A DNA stretch of 64,000 nt from Iphione sp. A-MEVVRFRX5 (Eukaryota), in NCBI GenBank assembly GCA_976226885.1, contig OZ320323.1, positions 39,990,001 to 40,054,000 on the forward strand. Direction: 5' to 3'. The notes under the pieces are model-generated. The model searched no databases, was not told the origin of the DNA, and was given only the letters and a program-made list of their open reading frames with translations. Below, piece by piece: positions 1 to 13,716 of this stretch. Within the stretch, counting starts at the first letter, position 1. Each line of letters opens with the position of its first letter. A program made the position numbers and the translations under genes.

Positions 1-1295
1 ATTCAATAGTAATCGACACCGCTCACCGAGTAAAATCATTCAGATATTAATAGTCTGATAGGAAGTTAGGATTTGGTAATCTCCATGGAAACTACAGTGA
101 AAAGCTTCCATTGTGATTAACAGCTTTCAACTCTATGCGAGAAACAATACATTAGTGTTAATGGTTGGTTTGGTATTGATCCATGAAGAATTGTGTATAA
201 TTTGACTCCCCACAGCAAACTAATTGGTACAACCCTCTGCGCGGCTCCATGTTGACCATTTCAAACTACAGCGAACAAAAATATTATGAAGCTAGGTAAG
301 TTAAATTGTGATGAATATGTAAAAAACATGCTTTTGCAAGCCCAAAGCTGGGCACTCAAGAAAAACGTTTTTTGTCATGTCCCTGTCGCAAAAAAAAAAC
401 ATTTATTTCAGCACTGAACCAGTGAGGAGCAAAAGGAGGTTGTCGCATTCCTTTATACCCGTGTCGCATGTTTTTTTTGCGAAATGCGACGGGTTGTCAG
501 GCCATTTAAAATTTATCCTCTACAAACAATATGAAATGGTTTCCCTTAAGACTGATGTTGATTTTCGATGAGAACATATTTCATCTCAGATAAGGGTGTA
601 CTGGCCATCGCTGCAGCTCACACAATTCCAGTTCAGTTAATCTTTTCCACGAACATTACTTTCGGAAAAGGAATTGTAACGGCGAAAGCCTTGGGAATTG
701 GGAGAGGGCCTCCAATTTAACACTTGGCCACACTCTATTCAAAGCAGTGGTTCGGATGCGTGCTTTGCCGGACGTCCTTTCAGATCCCTTCAAATTCAGT
801 GTTAAATTCAATGAAAGAGAAAGCATAGGAGAGCTCATGCTTGAACCTGGTTGTCCGTGCCATTATTGAACGACCAGTTTAAAAGCAAAGGTCTGGGCTA
901 GCCAGAGGATAATTCCTTATTCGTTACACTACTTGCATTCTTCCCTGTGCGACAAGTTCCAGACACCTTGTCTCGTGACTCAGGTGGACGAGATTCATGT
1001 CCGTCTTAAACTGGTCGAAGTGAGCTTAAGGCCATCTGGTGGAGAGCGTCCAAACTACATATAACGTTTTACATACATGAGGGCGCCCCTGTGGCGAGCT
1101 ACTTCAGGTACCATTAAACATTCCCTTCCGTTTATGCACTACCTGAGGTTGGACTTCGTTTCTATTCATCACCCTCTTGACACGAATGACGAAAGGTCAG
1201 TCCAGAGCGATATTTTTTTGTCTCTTCACCAATTACAGCTTGCAAACCGCGTATCCCTTCACTACTGCGTTATACTTGTTGACCAAAATTGAACA

Positions 1296-1359
1296 AAACT
1301 GTCCCTATTAGAGACATGTCTCTATTGGAGGCGTGTCCCTAAGGTGGATTTCCACTGTA
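1296..1359. mobile_element. MITE terminus (TTCCACTGTA family)
   Basis: AACTGTC.CTA.T.GAGACATGTC.CTATT.GAG is shared with 15183-15320; ends TTCCACTGTA. Confidence 0.4.
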
Positions 1360-2124
1360 CATGGAAAACTCTGTAACCTGCGGAGATGTTCAATAAAGGC
1401 AAATCAAAATCAAATCAATATGAATTACCTGAGTATCCCTTCCAGCAAGATGGAGGTGTTTTACCACTTGGTCGAAGAACACGCGTGCCCCCTAGCGGAA
1501 CGTGTGGGGTCTCCAGCGGACGAACGGAAAACTTGCCGCAATAACAGTGCGTTCCCGTGCAAGGTTTGACGATCCTTAACGATTCAAGAGCACGAGTGGC
1601 CTCACCAGTATGGAAAACAAATCATATGAGACTAGATGGAACTTGGACTCGTACTTCATAGCTCAATTTTAGATTTGTTCGATTAGGACTGTATGATTTT
1701 CCGGTAAATCTGTCAGTCCACGATCAGAAACGCATCAACATTACCAGAAATTGCCCTTGGACGCTCCTTTGCTTCTAGCAGAATGTGAAATACATCTGCT
1801 TATATAGCAGAATGTCAAATATAAGCCTACTACTAGCAAAATAATATTCTCATAGTAAAAAGAGACACTTTAGAGAGTTTTCTTTACAATATGTATACAG
1901 ATATACATGTCATTACACAGCATGTATATCAGCATTGCTCCAAAGACCAAAGGGTTTCCTTGTTTGTTGTAGTCGAGACCAAGCATACCAGATACCGTTA
2001 GAATTAGGATGAGTAATGTAAAGCGCAATCTTCTAAAGATTTCAAACATGGCCTGTAGTATAAACACTGAATTCCAGAGGGTTCTAAATTCAAGGACATG
2101 ATACGATCCAAAGAATCCCCTTAC

Positions 2125-2250
2125 CACAAGTAGGCTGCTGCCTTTCTTTTTTAAACTTCCTTCGCACGCCCCCAGCACCTCCGCCATCAGGCTTCCAAGG
2201 AACACGTCGATGTCAGTGTTAAACCTCGCCGAATCAAAGTGCAAGAAACG
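2125..2250 (-). CDS. Probable internal exon of an unidentified gene (RFLHFDSARFNTDIDVFLGSLMAEVLGACEGSLKKKGSSLLV)
   Basis: Minus-strand attttag|CGT ... GTG|gtaagg; 126 bp, phase 0-0; only one frame is open; protein-like composition; no homolog recognised. Confidence 0.55.
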
Positions 2251-2694
2251 CTAAAATAATCTGTAAGATTCCTCACAGACTCAGCACGCCACAAAAAGGG
2301 ACTCCTGTCAGCCCTTGTCCTCTCTGACAATCCTTCACCTCCCCACCGATTTCTCTTCGGTGAGTTAAATCCTGAGCGCGGTTTTCCTACGGCACGCATC
2401 ACCCTCCAACCCCCCCCCCCCCAACGTCCTCACCACCCACCACCCACCCCCTCTTTCAAGAGGCCGCCTCTCTTGACGGGCTCCCCAGGCCCAGGGCATC
2501 TCTTGAGTCCGATGGTCATGTTTACCAGGTTGGAAGGAGTGGAGGGATCGGGGGCGGTCGGCGCTGGTAGGCTGTTTGGTGGAAATAAATAGTCGGGCCG
2601 GAGTGAGCAGCTCACATCAGACAGAGCAACTCCAAATGGACCGAGCATCGGCGCAGGTGTCGACAATGAGCAGTTCTCAATCAAGAAGAACGAG

Positions 2695-2945
2695 AGGGGT
2701 CAGAGAGAGAGGGAGAGAGAGAAAGTGAATGAGTAAGAAGACAGAGAGACACACACATAGAAATGGGATAGGGAGAAAAAGAGAGAGTGAATGAGACAGA
2801 GAATGAAACACATAGGAAAAGACAAACACATACACAGAAACAGAGACAGAAAGGGGAGAGGAATAGAGTGAGGCAGAGAGAGAGTGAGAGAGAGAGGCGG
2901 AGGGTGAGAGAGAAACGGAGAGTGAGATAGGGAGAGTGAGGGAGA
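2695..2945. repeat. Compound (GA)n-rich microsatellite
   Basis: Purine-rich GA/GACA tracts. Confidence 0.9.
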
Positions 2946-4064
2946 TGGTTGGGGGAGGAATCAATGGCTAGCGAGATTCCCGACGCCTGCTCCATGTCAC
3001 TGATTTGAAATCCACCTGAAAATTATCATCTCAATTCACCGATCGCTTTTTGGATGGTATCTCCGCCCACTGTCAAAAACCATAGACATAGTTCTGTTAT
3101 AGACAAGACACGCGCTGCTTTAGGCCCAGACAGTCATATTTGACCCCTTATACCTTCAGAACTACTTGACCCATAAATACCAAACTTGCAGAGAACCTAT
3201 TGCTAACATACCCTCATTGTACATGCCAAAGTACATGTATTTAATTCTATCTGTAAATCACTAAAGAAGTTTAAGCTTCCCAGTGACTGCAGTGCTAGAC
3301 ATCTGCATATGGTTCAAATTCCCATCCTCTTGGAAAGCTGCGGTATGATTGGCCAGTCCAACTGTCGCATCAGGAAAAGCGCTCGGTGTATTTGATGAGA
3401 AGGGGAAAAAATTAACACCTACAGGAAAAGCAAGAAAAGGATTACATTTAGCAAACCACAGATACAGAAGAACAGTTAATACAAAAACCCTTTCAGAAAT
3501 TGAAGATTAAATATGGGGACCTAGGGGATACAATAATGTGTAATTGAAAGGTGGAGAGACGTTATATAATGAGGAGGATATCTGACAAACAAGATTATAA
3601 AAAGGAAAAATGAAAAGAAGAAAAAAAAGATGACAACAACAACAGAAACAGAAACAAATGCAACAACAAGAACAATAACCCGAAAGGAGATCTCATCATT
3701 ACTGTATAATTGATTTCTGTTTGAATCTGCGATACATGTACATGTATATTTAAATAATATATAATGGCTTTAAAGCACACTATTTACGTGTTTGTGGCTA
3801 TATCCACTGAATATGAACGCTCTTAAGCCGAGGTCAACTGGGCCATTTAAAGTTCAGAACAATAGCAAAATCTATCATGGGAAATCAATAGAGACTGTCA
3901 TCAGTCTATTCCTAAGTAGGACATGAAGCGGTTCCAGAAGTGTCCATATGAATGAAATGGCCTCATCATATGCAATTTTCTAATTCGATTTTTCTTTACT
4001 GTTGGCGGATGCAAGCGTTACTTATTCATAGAAGGACGGGCCGTGTGGGAAGTAAATTACAAAC

Positions 4065-4130
4065 CTGGACATGGGAAACGAAATCAGCCATTACCGGAGC
4101 ATGATGCTGTGGATGGCGGGTAAACTGCAC
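4065..4130 (-). CDS. Possible exon of the same minus-strand gene (VQFTRHPQHHAPVMADFVSHVQ)
   Basis: cttctag|GTG ... CAG|gtttgt; 66 bp; phase 0-0, compatible with 2125-2250. Confidence 0.3.
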
Positions 4131-5091
4131 CTAGAAGTCGTAATTATGTAACCCTAGCCTCAAATAAGGCCGAATGAGACCGAAATCAATGTGTCAGTAT
4201 TGACGTACCTCTATCAACGAATTTTCTGGGAACGAAGTTGCCCTTTTTTAGATACTTTATGAACGTTTACTTTATCAGAACTGACTAAAAGTGAAAAGAA
4301 CAACCAAAGACATATCACTACATCATACCAGTACTCTATTAATAAATATCAAGTCGATTTGATGAAATTGTGAAATTTTGTGAAAGCTCCAATGGTATAT
4401 CACTGGTAGCGAGTTTTCGTACGACTAAATGATTTTATGGACCACATACGTGTCATTAAGAGAGATATACCAGTATTCAGGGATAAATCATGAATATCAT
4501 CTCTAAAAGATTGGCAGACGTCCTCTGTTCAGTCGAGTCACACACCAGGGTTCAGGGGTCGGAAATAAAGGATGGGCGGCCATTTTGGAAGTGGATAACT
4601 TGGGGGAAGTGAGGGAACGTTTCTCTAGGAGTACAACTACGACAAATAAATGTACAGAAGGTTCTCTGAAACCACTTCCCTCCAACTTTTACCTGCTATG
4701 TCAGAAGGAGCAGACTGTAATACAAGATTCCACACAAACGACATGGACATAACCACTGAGAAGACCATTTAATCGGCATGCATATGACGTACAGACATTT
4801 ACACACACATACACTTACCCACATGTACAATCAAGTCTCAAAATTGAAACCATCTTCATTTTATAGATCTCATCGGGAAAACAGAGGGGATGCGTTAATT
4901 GGTTAGACATGTTTCCAAAAGTAACATACACATAATATAATATGCATACACATATTTCATAAATAAAGCTTGAAAATGTAGCTTGAAGTAATGTGCAGAA
5001 GGTTAACCCCAAATACCTGCCCATGCCCTCCATCTTTCAGTGGTTAAGTTAAGATAGCAAACCTCCTGACTCGTTGGTTCCAATGACTCAC

Positions 5092-5202
5092 CCCAGTCGC
5101 ACATTTTTACTCTTCCCCTCTGAAGTATAGCTCTAGGGAGGGATGATTTGACCCATGTTCTCATATAACTCTCAAAGACCACTGCAGCACGAACTGGAGA
5201 TG
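5092..5202 (-). CDS. Possible exon of the minus-strand gene (SPVRAAVVFESYMRTWVKSSLPRAILQRGRVKMCDW)
   Basis: 111 bp, phase 1-1; strong GG|gtgagt donor; weak acceptor. Confidence 0.3.
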
Positions 5203-5638
5203 CTATTTTGGTGAAAATGCCCATACATATACATGTACATGTAGAAGTACACTGGTATACATATATAGATATGCTTGTAATAATCCATTCATACATTCAC
5301 ACAAACATTCGTTCACTTACTCATTCGCATATATACATACACTTGCATACATTTATATGCAAATACATAATGTGTACATGTAGATGTATCTTTAATTATG
5401 TCTACAATTTACCGCTTAAGCCACACCCACTCCAATTTACTGTTCCTTGCTGCACACAAGCATAACAGTGGAAAAATTTATACATAGATCATACAGATAT
5501 TATCTGAACCAAAGTCATTGTAGTCAATATATATGTCAGCTTCATGTATACGTACATGTAGAGAGTCATGCATGTACACAAATATCTTAGACTTAAGGTA
5601 CCTTGTCACCACATACAACTTCTGTTACCCATTTCCAA

Positions 5639-5738
5639 NNNNNNNNNNNNNNNNNNNNNNNNNNNNNNNNNNNNNNNNNNNNNNNNNNNNNNNNNNNNNN
5701 NNNNNNNNNNNNNNNNNNNNNNNNNNNNNNNNNNNNNN
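5639..5738. other. Assembly gap (100 N)
   Basis: N run. Confidence 1.
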
Positions 5739-6620
5739 TTACTGGAAACACAGATATTTTTAATAGGCCTAATAGACCTCTAAGTCCCTCCCTAATAATG
5801 GTCAGAGGGTTTGACAGCAATTATTCATAGGTCTTACCGTAAAGGTGACTCAGACTGTCAAGTAACCCATTAGAAATATACGACTTCACTGAGCAATCTT
5901 TGTCATAAAGTACAAGGATGCGGAAACAAAGTGAGTCTGAGTGAAAAGAATGTGTACCACTCGGAGACAAGTTAAGACTCGCTTTACGAGCGCCTATAAG
6001 ATAAGTCATCGCAAACATCTCTAGAACCGCCTCTCGTTTCAGCAGCTGAACAGAACCTGCTAATAGGCGATCTCGCATAAAGTACGCACTGGGAATAGTA
6101 GCGCGTAGTTAAGATCCTGGAAGATAAACCAACATACGAAAAAAAATCGCCCGGTTCTATAGCATGCGTGAGTCTCTCTCAACCTCCTGAAACTCTGGCA
6201 GGCGGGTCCTGAGCGAAAGCACGCATCTCATCACGTGAAGAGAGACCCCGACGTCATTGATGTGATGTCGGCAAGAAAGAGTGGACTTATAGAGTAGGAA
6301 GCAAATGGATTTCAAATTGGGAGGGAATCATTGTTTGAAAGACAGCGGGAAGCGAGGATCAGGAAAGGGAAATAAGGAGACTTACAGTCGTAATTGTTCG
6401 TGGTAATGAACTGAAGTGACAGAAGCTTCAGGAAGCCTGGTGGCAATGGTCCATAGCTTCACAGAGGTTTTGAGTTTTTCCTTGCGTGATCCACATTTTA
6501 ACGGCACAGCCTATTCTTTGCGAATAAAGATCTGAACTATGGTGCAGCACGGAAGCAATAATTTTGTACTTAATTTTGATACGGACATTTTTTTAAACTG
6601 AGATAATGCATAAAGATGTG

Positions 6621-6766
6621 CATAGAGATTGGCATATAGATTGACGCAAAAATTGGCATAGTGATTGACACAAAAATTGGCATAGAGATTTTCATAGAGA
6701 TTGGCACAGAGACTGGCATAGAGATTGGCATTGGGATTGGCATAGGGATTGGCACAGAGCTTGGCA
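6621..6766. repeat. 12-bp minisatellite (ATAGAGATTGGC)n, degenerate
   Basis: About 12 tandem copies; produces spurious PI/IG-repeat ORFs. Confidence 0.9.
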
Positions 6767-8368
6767 TTCTGCCGTTGCCGAGTTGGACGTGCGAGGCACC
6801 TCAGACCTACTCGGCACCTTTCTACCTGTCAGCTACATCTCAGTCAAGCGAGGCTTTCTCTCTCCCAGCACATCGAGTGCTCAGTAACCAGACAGTCTCT
6901 GACATGCCATTCACTTCAGTGTGGGCTACAACCAATGCCTGACCACACCACTGCAGGCGAGGGGAAGGGCGGGGGGCAATCCCTGGTTCCTGGATTCGGC
7001 CCGTATTCTACCCATCTCCAGGTAGTGGCTGCAGCCGATGGCACAAAAACAACACCATAATGGCCGTTTGTTTTTATGGGACCGGCGTGTTCTATTTGGG
7101 GGCTATTAGCGTCCATCAAAGAATAATATAGGTATATTCATTATTGACCTGATAACATTTCAGTGATCAAGTAATTTTACACAAGTGGTCAGGCTTTAGT
7201 AAATATAACTTATATAAGATGTAATTATATTACATAACCTCACATATACATGTATAACTATATGTCTGCCTGAGCTAGGATTTTAAGTGTACCTGTATAG
7301 AGGTGACAATGATATTTCTATGGCAAAGGGTATCTCCTTATGTTGTATAACCTCGTATGTGTATATATGCATACCAAAGGTAGAATTTATATATAAATAG
7401 AATTGTATATAGGTAACCATGATATTTATGCCTCAGGGGGTATTTTCAGACATGCAGCGCTGGCCTACTAAAACCCTGACAGTGACAGCTTATCCTTCCG
7501 ATGAAGAAGGCCTTATGTGGTTCTTAGCCCGGATAATACGTAAATCCCTGTCCCCAGTCTCTTCACAATGGTTTACTTATATTGATTTGTACTGTTCACC
7601 GTTCCGCCTTCTCTTTCACTTCAAAGTACGTTGGATGACCAGCAACGGGACAGAAAGGATCTGGTATTATAAAGCTGAAATAGAGAATCTTTGTGTTGCA
7701 GACGGATAAGAGATCTGCTTTTATACTTGTGGGGGGATTACAGAAGCCCAACATCAGACATTACAATTAGAAAGTTGAAGTATCCATCAGACGAGTTGCT
7801 TTGATGCTGACATGCAATGCACTTGAAGAATCCAACAGTAACCTGAAAATTGGAAAGTTAAATATCCATTGGATGACCCACTTCAGACGAACACAACAAA
7901 TCCAACGTGAGACATCAAATACTTAACCAGCCATGGCACAACCTTCTTCAATGTCTCATGATGTTTAAGACTAATCGAACATGAGATAATAAAAAGTTAA
8001 TATCTATCCATATCATGTTGTGCATGGAGACCTATGCTGGAAGCCAGCATAGTTGATATAATAATAGTAACGTAGCAATATATCAATTATCACCACACTG
8101 ATTGGTTGCAATGTACATTTTTACACTACCTATATAGAACATTGCTCAAGAGTAGTACCAGCCATGGGGAAGACGTCTCACTATATTGTGTTGCTACTTA
8201 TGCAAATCATAGACAATGATACATGTCTCCTGACAGAAAAGACAAAACAAGTGACCTGGGAGCTACTTTTTTGTTAGGTGTAGGAGTATCTGGCAAGAGG
8301 TGTATCATTACATTGACCCAGTCAAGCAGAACCAACTTGAAGGACTTTGAGCTAGTCAAATATGTGCT

Positions 8369-8399
<31 letters not shown>

Positions 8400-9662
8400 A
8401 CCGATAATCGGCACTGAAGGCGCTTGGAATAATAATTGAAACCGTTTGATTTACTTCTACTATGGCAATAAAGAGTGAGTCATATGAGTTATGGCATTAG
8501 GACATAGCTCATATTACAACAGAGAGGCAGGGATAAGAAAGAGAAAGTGTGAAAGGAAAGCGATGCATGTACCTTAGAAACACTAGATAACCTAACTGTT
8601 GATCAGACCGTCCTACGATTAGTGATAAAAAAGTCCATAAGAAGGGAGAAAGAGGGGGCCACCCAAGCAAATGCCCATATACAGCAGGCTAGTCCAAACG
8701 AATGTTAAAAACCTGCCAGTGGAAACTGGAAATATTTTTGTGGAGCTGTATATGGTATTTAACATATCCTCACCGGTGGCACCCTACCACAAATCCCACT
8801 TTGAAATCCTGTCGGGTTCTCCTTGAACTGAAAACAAACCTGCGAGAGTTTTGTTCATGCAGGATAGAGTCTCTCTGAGACTCGGTCGAGCGAAATGGTG
8901 AGAAAAGTACTATCGATCTTCATGACTTTCACGTTCGTAGTCCCTTTGGTGATCTAGGATTATGCTGTACTTAGGAATTTTTGCATTTGCTACAACAGGT
9001 AAATATAATGTAACTCCAACAAAACGAGTGAGCATGTTGTGTTTGTAGAGCTGTGTGTGTTAAGAGGAGAGCAGGGGCGAGGGGTGTGGACGTGAGGACA
9101 GTACGTTTCCCTTAAACGAATGGGCCGTACCAGCACCAGAATGCAAAGGTCATGAATTAGGTTAGATCGTTTAATTTCCGGTTCCGAAAATTGAGACGGC
9201 TTCCCATCGCATAGAGACTGTGTGGTGTCAGTGATGGGCACTCTTTCTCCTGGCTGTTTTGGTGAACTTATAGATAACCAGTACTTCTATTTATACAGCA
9301 ATCAAGTTAAATGTTTTCAATGAACGAGTAGATTAATACGTTTGTGTATTGGGTCTCCTCCGGAGTCAATTCACTACATGCTGACCGGGGAAAATACATA
9401 TACCTAAACGCATTAGAAACGAATTAGAATTTCAAATCTGATATTTTACATTTTTTCACTAAGCTATTGTTCTAGCTTTCCAGTGTTTATTTATGATAAA
9501 CTGTAACTTTCGAGTTAATTTATTTGTGCCCGTTCTTGCGGACTTATATATTTAAACCTTTTCAAGAGGTAATATATAAGCAGTAGAACACGTGTTTCTG
9601 TCTCTGTTGTCTGTCGTCCATCAACATGGAAGCTCACTGTATTCGTGCATCTGTCCGTCGTG

Positions 9663-9751
9663 CGTCATCCATAATCCGCCATCCGTCATCCGTCATCCGC
9701 CATCCGCCATCCGCCATCCGTCATCCGTCATCCGTCAACCATCATCCGTCA
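9663..9751. repeat. 7-bp tandem repeat (ATCCGYC)n
   Basis: About 11 copies of ATCCGTC/ATCCGCC. Confidence 0.9.
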
Positions 9752-9974
9752 TGACTGATCTGTCCATCCTTTTTCCCGCCTTGCCCATATTTTAGCTGCC
9801 TGGCTTTAGATGGATGTCTTTGCCTATGTATATCACAGCGAAGATTACCATATGCTTTCCATATGTCCGCCACCTGCGGATAAATTACGCACAATGCACA
9901 ACGGGGGATGCATCCGCGTATAATGTTAACGTTAACTCTAGGCCTTAGGCAGAATACAGGTGGGCCAGGTAGGA

Positions 9975-10139
9975 GGGGCGGCCATGTTCTCCTCGCCTCC
10001 ATCCTCTCAGCGCCGGCGGTAGAGAGCTGAAAGCTGAGATTCACCACCAGGACATTGTCAACGGGGACCACCCCCCCCCCTCCCCCCTACCCCTCCCACA
10101 CACTAACCCACCGCCACCCACCCACCTCACGCATGCGCA
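9975..10139 (-). promoter_or_regulatory. Candidate promoter/start of the minus-strand gene
   Basis: NRF1-like ACGCATGCGCA at 10129-10139; AACATGGCCGCC (YY1-like, Kozak ATG at 9985-9983) on the minus strand; GC-rich. Confidence 0.35.
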
Positions 10140-10970
10140 CCACAAAACAGGAGTGACAGGAAACGAGGCTCACGACTGCAAAGAGGCCTTTCAAGACGTA
10201 TTAAATTTGTCCTCTTACTTAACGTTGACGCACGCGAGAAAGTAAAAACACAAACTGCACCGTTCATCAAACTTGATAAGTTACTGCAAGAAGTTTCCTT
10301 CATTCTCGTATTCTATGAGAACGTCGAATTCGAGCGCAACTGTATTAAACTGCAACTAATAATGGGAAACTGAAAGGAAATTCTTTTTTTAAAGTTTGCA
10401 AGACAGACATGATGACGACGGTTCTGACGTATATTTTCCAAAAAATTTCAGTCTGTAATAATATGATTACAGGTTTTCAGCAGATTTATTTAGTGTTCGT
10501 CAATCAAATGCTTACCTGTTCAGCTCAGTGGGGGGAAGAAAGGTTTGTAGGATAAACCATTGAAGTCTAGAATTCGATAAATGAATGCACTTTACAAAAG
10601 CACCATTAATTTTCCCTCAGTTATGAGCCGATTGGCATAGATTTTGAAATTCTGTGTAGCTACGCAAACATTTTTTTCTGGTGACTAATCTCATTATAAT
10701 CTCATAGTAGCGTCGAATCGGACCATCATTGAGAATATATCTGTGGCCCTACATTTTTCTGGCTAAGGAGGGATATCTCTAAGTCATATGATATACACCT
10801 TGCCAGTATTTGACGGAAAAGAACCTCCCCTTACTGATAACAACCAGTGCAAGGTGGAAAGGGTGCTTGTACTATATTATATTATACTAGACATGCAGTA
10901 GAGACTCACAACTAGGTTTCTAGATAGTACAATGGATGATTAGCCAAAAGGTGTGTTCTGATCAAGATCA

Positions 10971-11315
10971 GGCCAAAAAAATAGGTGTGTTGCTGGTAAC
11001 CCACCCCTACCTAGTAAAACCTCACCCTACCTAAAAGTTTTTTGGCCCCAAAGAGTTTTCAAGGTTGAATTTCCTAAGGTATGTGTTTTCATGATGCATA
11101 TTTTTGGTACATTCAGTAAAAAAAACAACAAAATCCATGGAAATTCAACACAAAACTGTAAAACTCACGCAAATTGGTCAAAATTCTTCATATTGTCTTT
11201 ATTCTTGAAAATCAGAGGAAGAAAGTGGGAAAAATTTTTTAAAAAAAGATACCCCCCTCTCTACCTAGGTTTTTGGCTGGTCGTTACCAGAAATACACCT
11301 ATTTTTGGGGGGGCC
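10971..11315. mobile_element. MITE, PIF/Harbinger-like (345 bp)
   Basis: About 30-bp TIRs GGCC-A/C-run-ATAGGTGT..CTGGTAAC at both ends; 3-bp TSD TCA (10968-10970, 11316-11318). Confidence 0.75.
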
Positions 11316-12569
11316 TCATTGGCCCCCAGCACAAACCAAAGAGATCTGCACATATGGTTATAGCTTTAATTGTGATAGGCGACCCATGTCGGAGTTGTGG
11401 TTAAAAAGCCTTGCTTTGGCCACGAGAACAATACCGCCTACCCATTTCACAAGATACTCCAATATGTTTACACATGCCGTCACAAATGTCCTCGTACCTA
11501 CCATTGTGTCCCATGTCGAAATGGGTTGTTACCCACGATCTCAAATATCCCAGCTGTGCCTAGTGTTGTCCTTGCTTTCAAGATTTATGACCCGCACACC
11601 ATTATGATGCATCTATCATGTTCCAGATCTATTGATACCTTAGACTCACTTCTATGACATGTGACTTGTAACTAACTGTAACTGTATTTGTGCTGGAAAT
11701 CTATATATTGTATAGAATCGGTGGATGTTTGGGGAGCACTTCTAGTTGTGACGTTTGATGTACTTGTGAATTAAGAATAAAGATATTCGCACACTACATT
11801 CCAGGATCCTCAGCTTTATGCAAAGACTTGAAGTATAAATCTAATGGTAAATACCTGAAATCCCGCGGTATAACTTCAGCTTAAGTTAATAAGGTGCTAA
11901 TTGCTATCTAACTGAGCAAGCACAATTATGAAAAAGAGGCAGTAAATAAAGTCACCTTCTCTCTGTGAGTGGGCAGAAACTGTTACCTTAATTAAGGCAA
12001 AATATAAGCAGTTATTTTGGACAATATGCTAAAGGTGGCAAAGTTTACTCTAAAAGTTTCAAGAATAATACTAACAATATGATGTACATGTACTTAAAAT
12101 ATGTTTAAACGCTGTACTGCCTTCTGTATGCTTACCTAACCAGAGACCCTGTATATTTTACTGTATATTTTCCCAGAAACTAGATATTGAGCTATTGTAT
12201 TAGCTGTTCTTCAGTATCCTCTGATAGTACCATACTACTATCTTTTATTGAAAATTGAGAGACCGGAATATATGGGATTGTCCGCTTCTCTAATTTCAGA
12301 CTGGTTTCTGTGGTCTATTTGCGCATAAAGGACAGAGTCATATTTTAAAATCTTTATTTGCTCTGGAATTCATTATACAAACTGTATGTACTTCCAGCTT
12401 CCCATCTTTCTTAGCAGAGATTATTATGAGATGTATCAATCATATGTTAACATGATGTTTTAAAATGATAATACACTAAAAATGGGAGTACAAGCCAAAC
12501 CAATACAATTACAATACAAAGTAGATGTTAGACTTAACCATAACAATTAATAGAATCTTCATAGCACAG

Positions 12570-13585
12570 CGGCTGTGTCCCATGTGCCAGGATCCCCACA
12601 CTCACAAGGCTACTATTCCTTCTGTTACACTAGCAAATAATAATCGTGCATTGTCTACTGTCACATTAGTGATGGGCGGTGGCAGTGTCCCACACCCAAT
12701 ATTAAGCAACCATATATGAAAGTTTATACTTAACACCAAGTTAATTAACTTAGGAATAGAAGGCTTTGAATTCATAATTTGCCATTGGAGCAGAGGGGTC
12801 GAGCTAAAGCTTGTAGCAGACATAATCAATTAATCTCTTATATAATTCTCTAGTAGGCTTAGGAATTAATAATCTCCTTTTATTGTAGGACCTAGTCACT
12901 CTTTGTTTGCTACTCGCTCTGCCATAAAGTGCCCCATCATTAACAATCCTCTATTCATATTTGATACAAAACTCTCTTGTTACTTCTTCAAATGTGAATC
13001 TGTTGTGGCCAAAAGCCACATTTAATACACCCATACGCAGGTGCATTAGTCAAATGAATGTTTTTGCTTTAATATTTGTATTAATGATTTTGTTACTGGG
13101 AGTATCATCGTACGAGCAAGCCGAATGGCATTTTTCCTACCTAGGTACCTATGAACTTTCCTGAAGTAGGTAAATCTTCCCAAAGTTTCCTTATGGTTCT
13201 TAGATGGCTATTAACCATTGTAGGCCTTTCATCTAACACCACCCCCAAGTACAAAATCTCACTCATCACTTCGATATTGTGTCCATGCACCCATTCTTAT
13301 AGACCTCCCCAAGGGTACATCTCTCCTGGTCCCATACCGGAATACAACACATTTAGTCTTGGAGTGATCAATCAAGATTTGAGAGTTCAAGGACCGTTGC
13401 CATAACAAGTTTCCCAAACTTTCAATTTCTCCTTGCAGTTCATCAGCTGAATTAGCTTGTAGAATCACTGCCACGTCGTCCGCATATACACAAATCACTT
13501 GCAATTTCTGAGACTAGCAGGGAGATCTTTAATGAAAAGAAACACAGGGGCCCAAGGCATATTTAACCTTTGCTACAAGTTGTAG
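12570..13585 (-). mobile_element. 5'-truncated, decayed non-LTR retrotransposon (RT plus C-terminal Cys motif)
   Basis: YADD at 13475-13486 in VICVYADDVAVIL; upstream degenerate LGPLCF..KDLP; 3' PCECGDPGTWDT (12572-12609); many stops and frameshifts. Confidence 0.75.
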
Positions 13586-13633
13586 AACACTCTGGGTTGG
13601 GGCTACAGTAAATCTGTCTGATCCTGATCAAAA

Positions 13634-13716
13634 GTCCAGGGCTAGGATTAAACCTGTGAACTCTAGATCAGTAGACCAGTGCTAGTTAGCATTCTTACCA
13701 ACTGAGCTAACTGCCC
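13634..13716 (-). mobile_element. tRNA-derived SINE head
   Basis: Box A TAGCTCAGTTGGTA and degenerate box B GGTTTAATCC on the minus strand. Confidence 0.65.

Noticed and set aside
11380-11800. Possible LINE 3' end next to the MITE
   Set aside because: No RT or endonuclease motif could be read with confidence.
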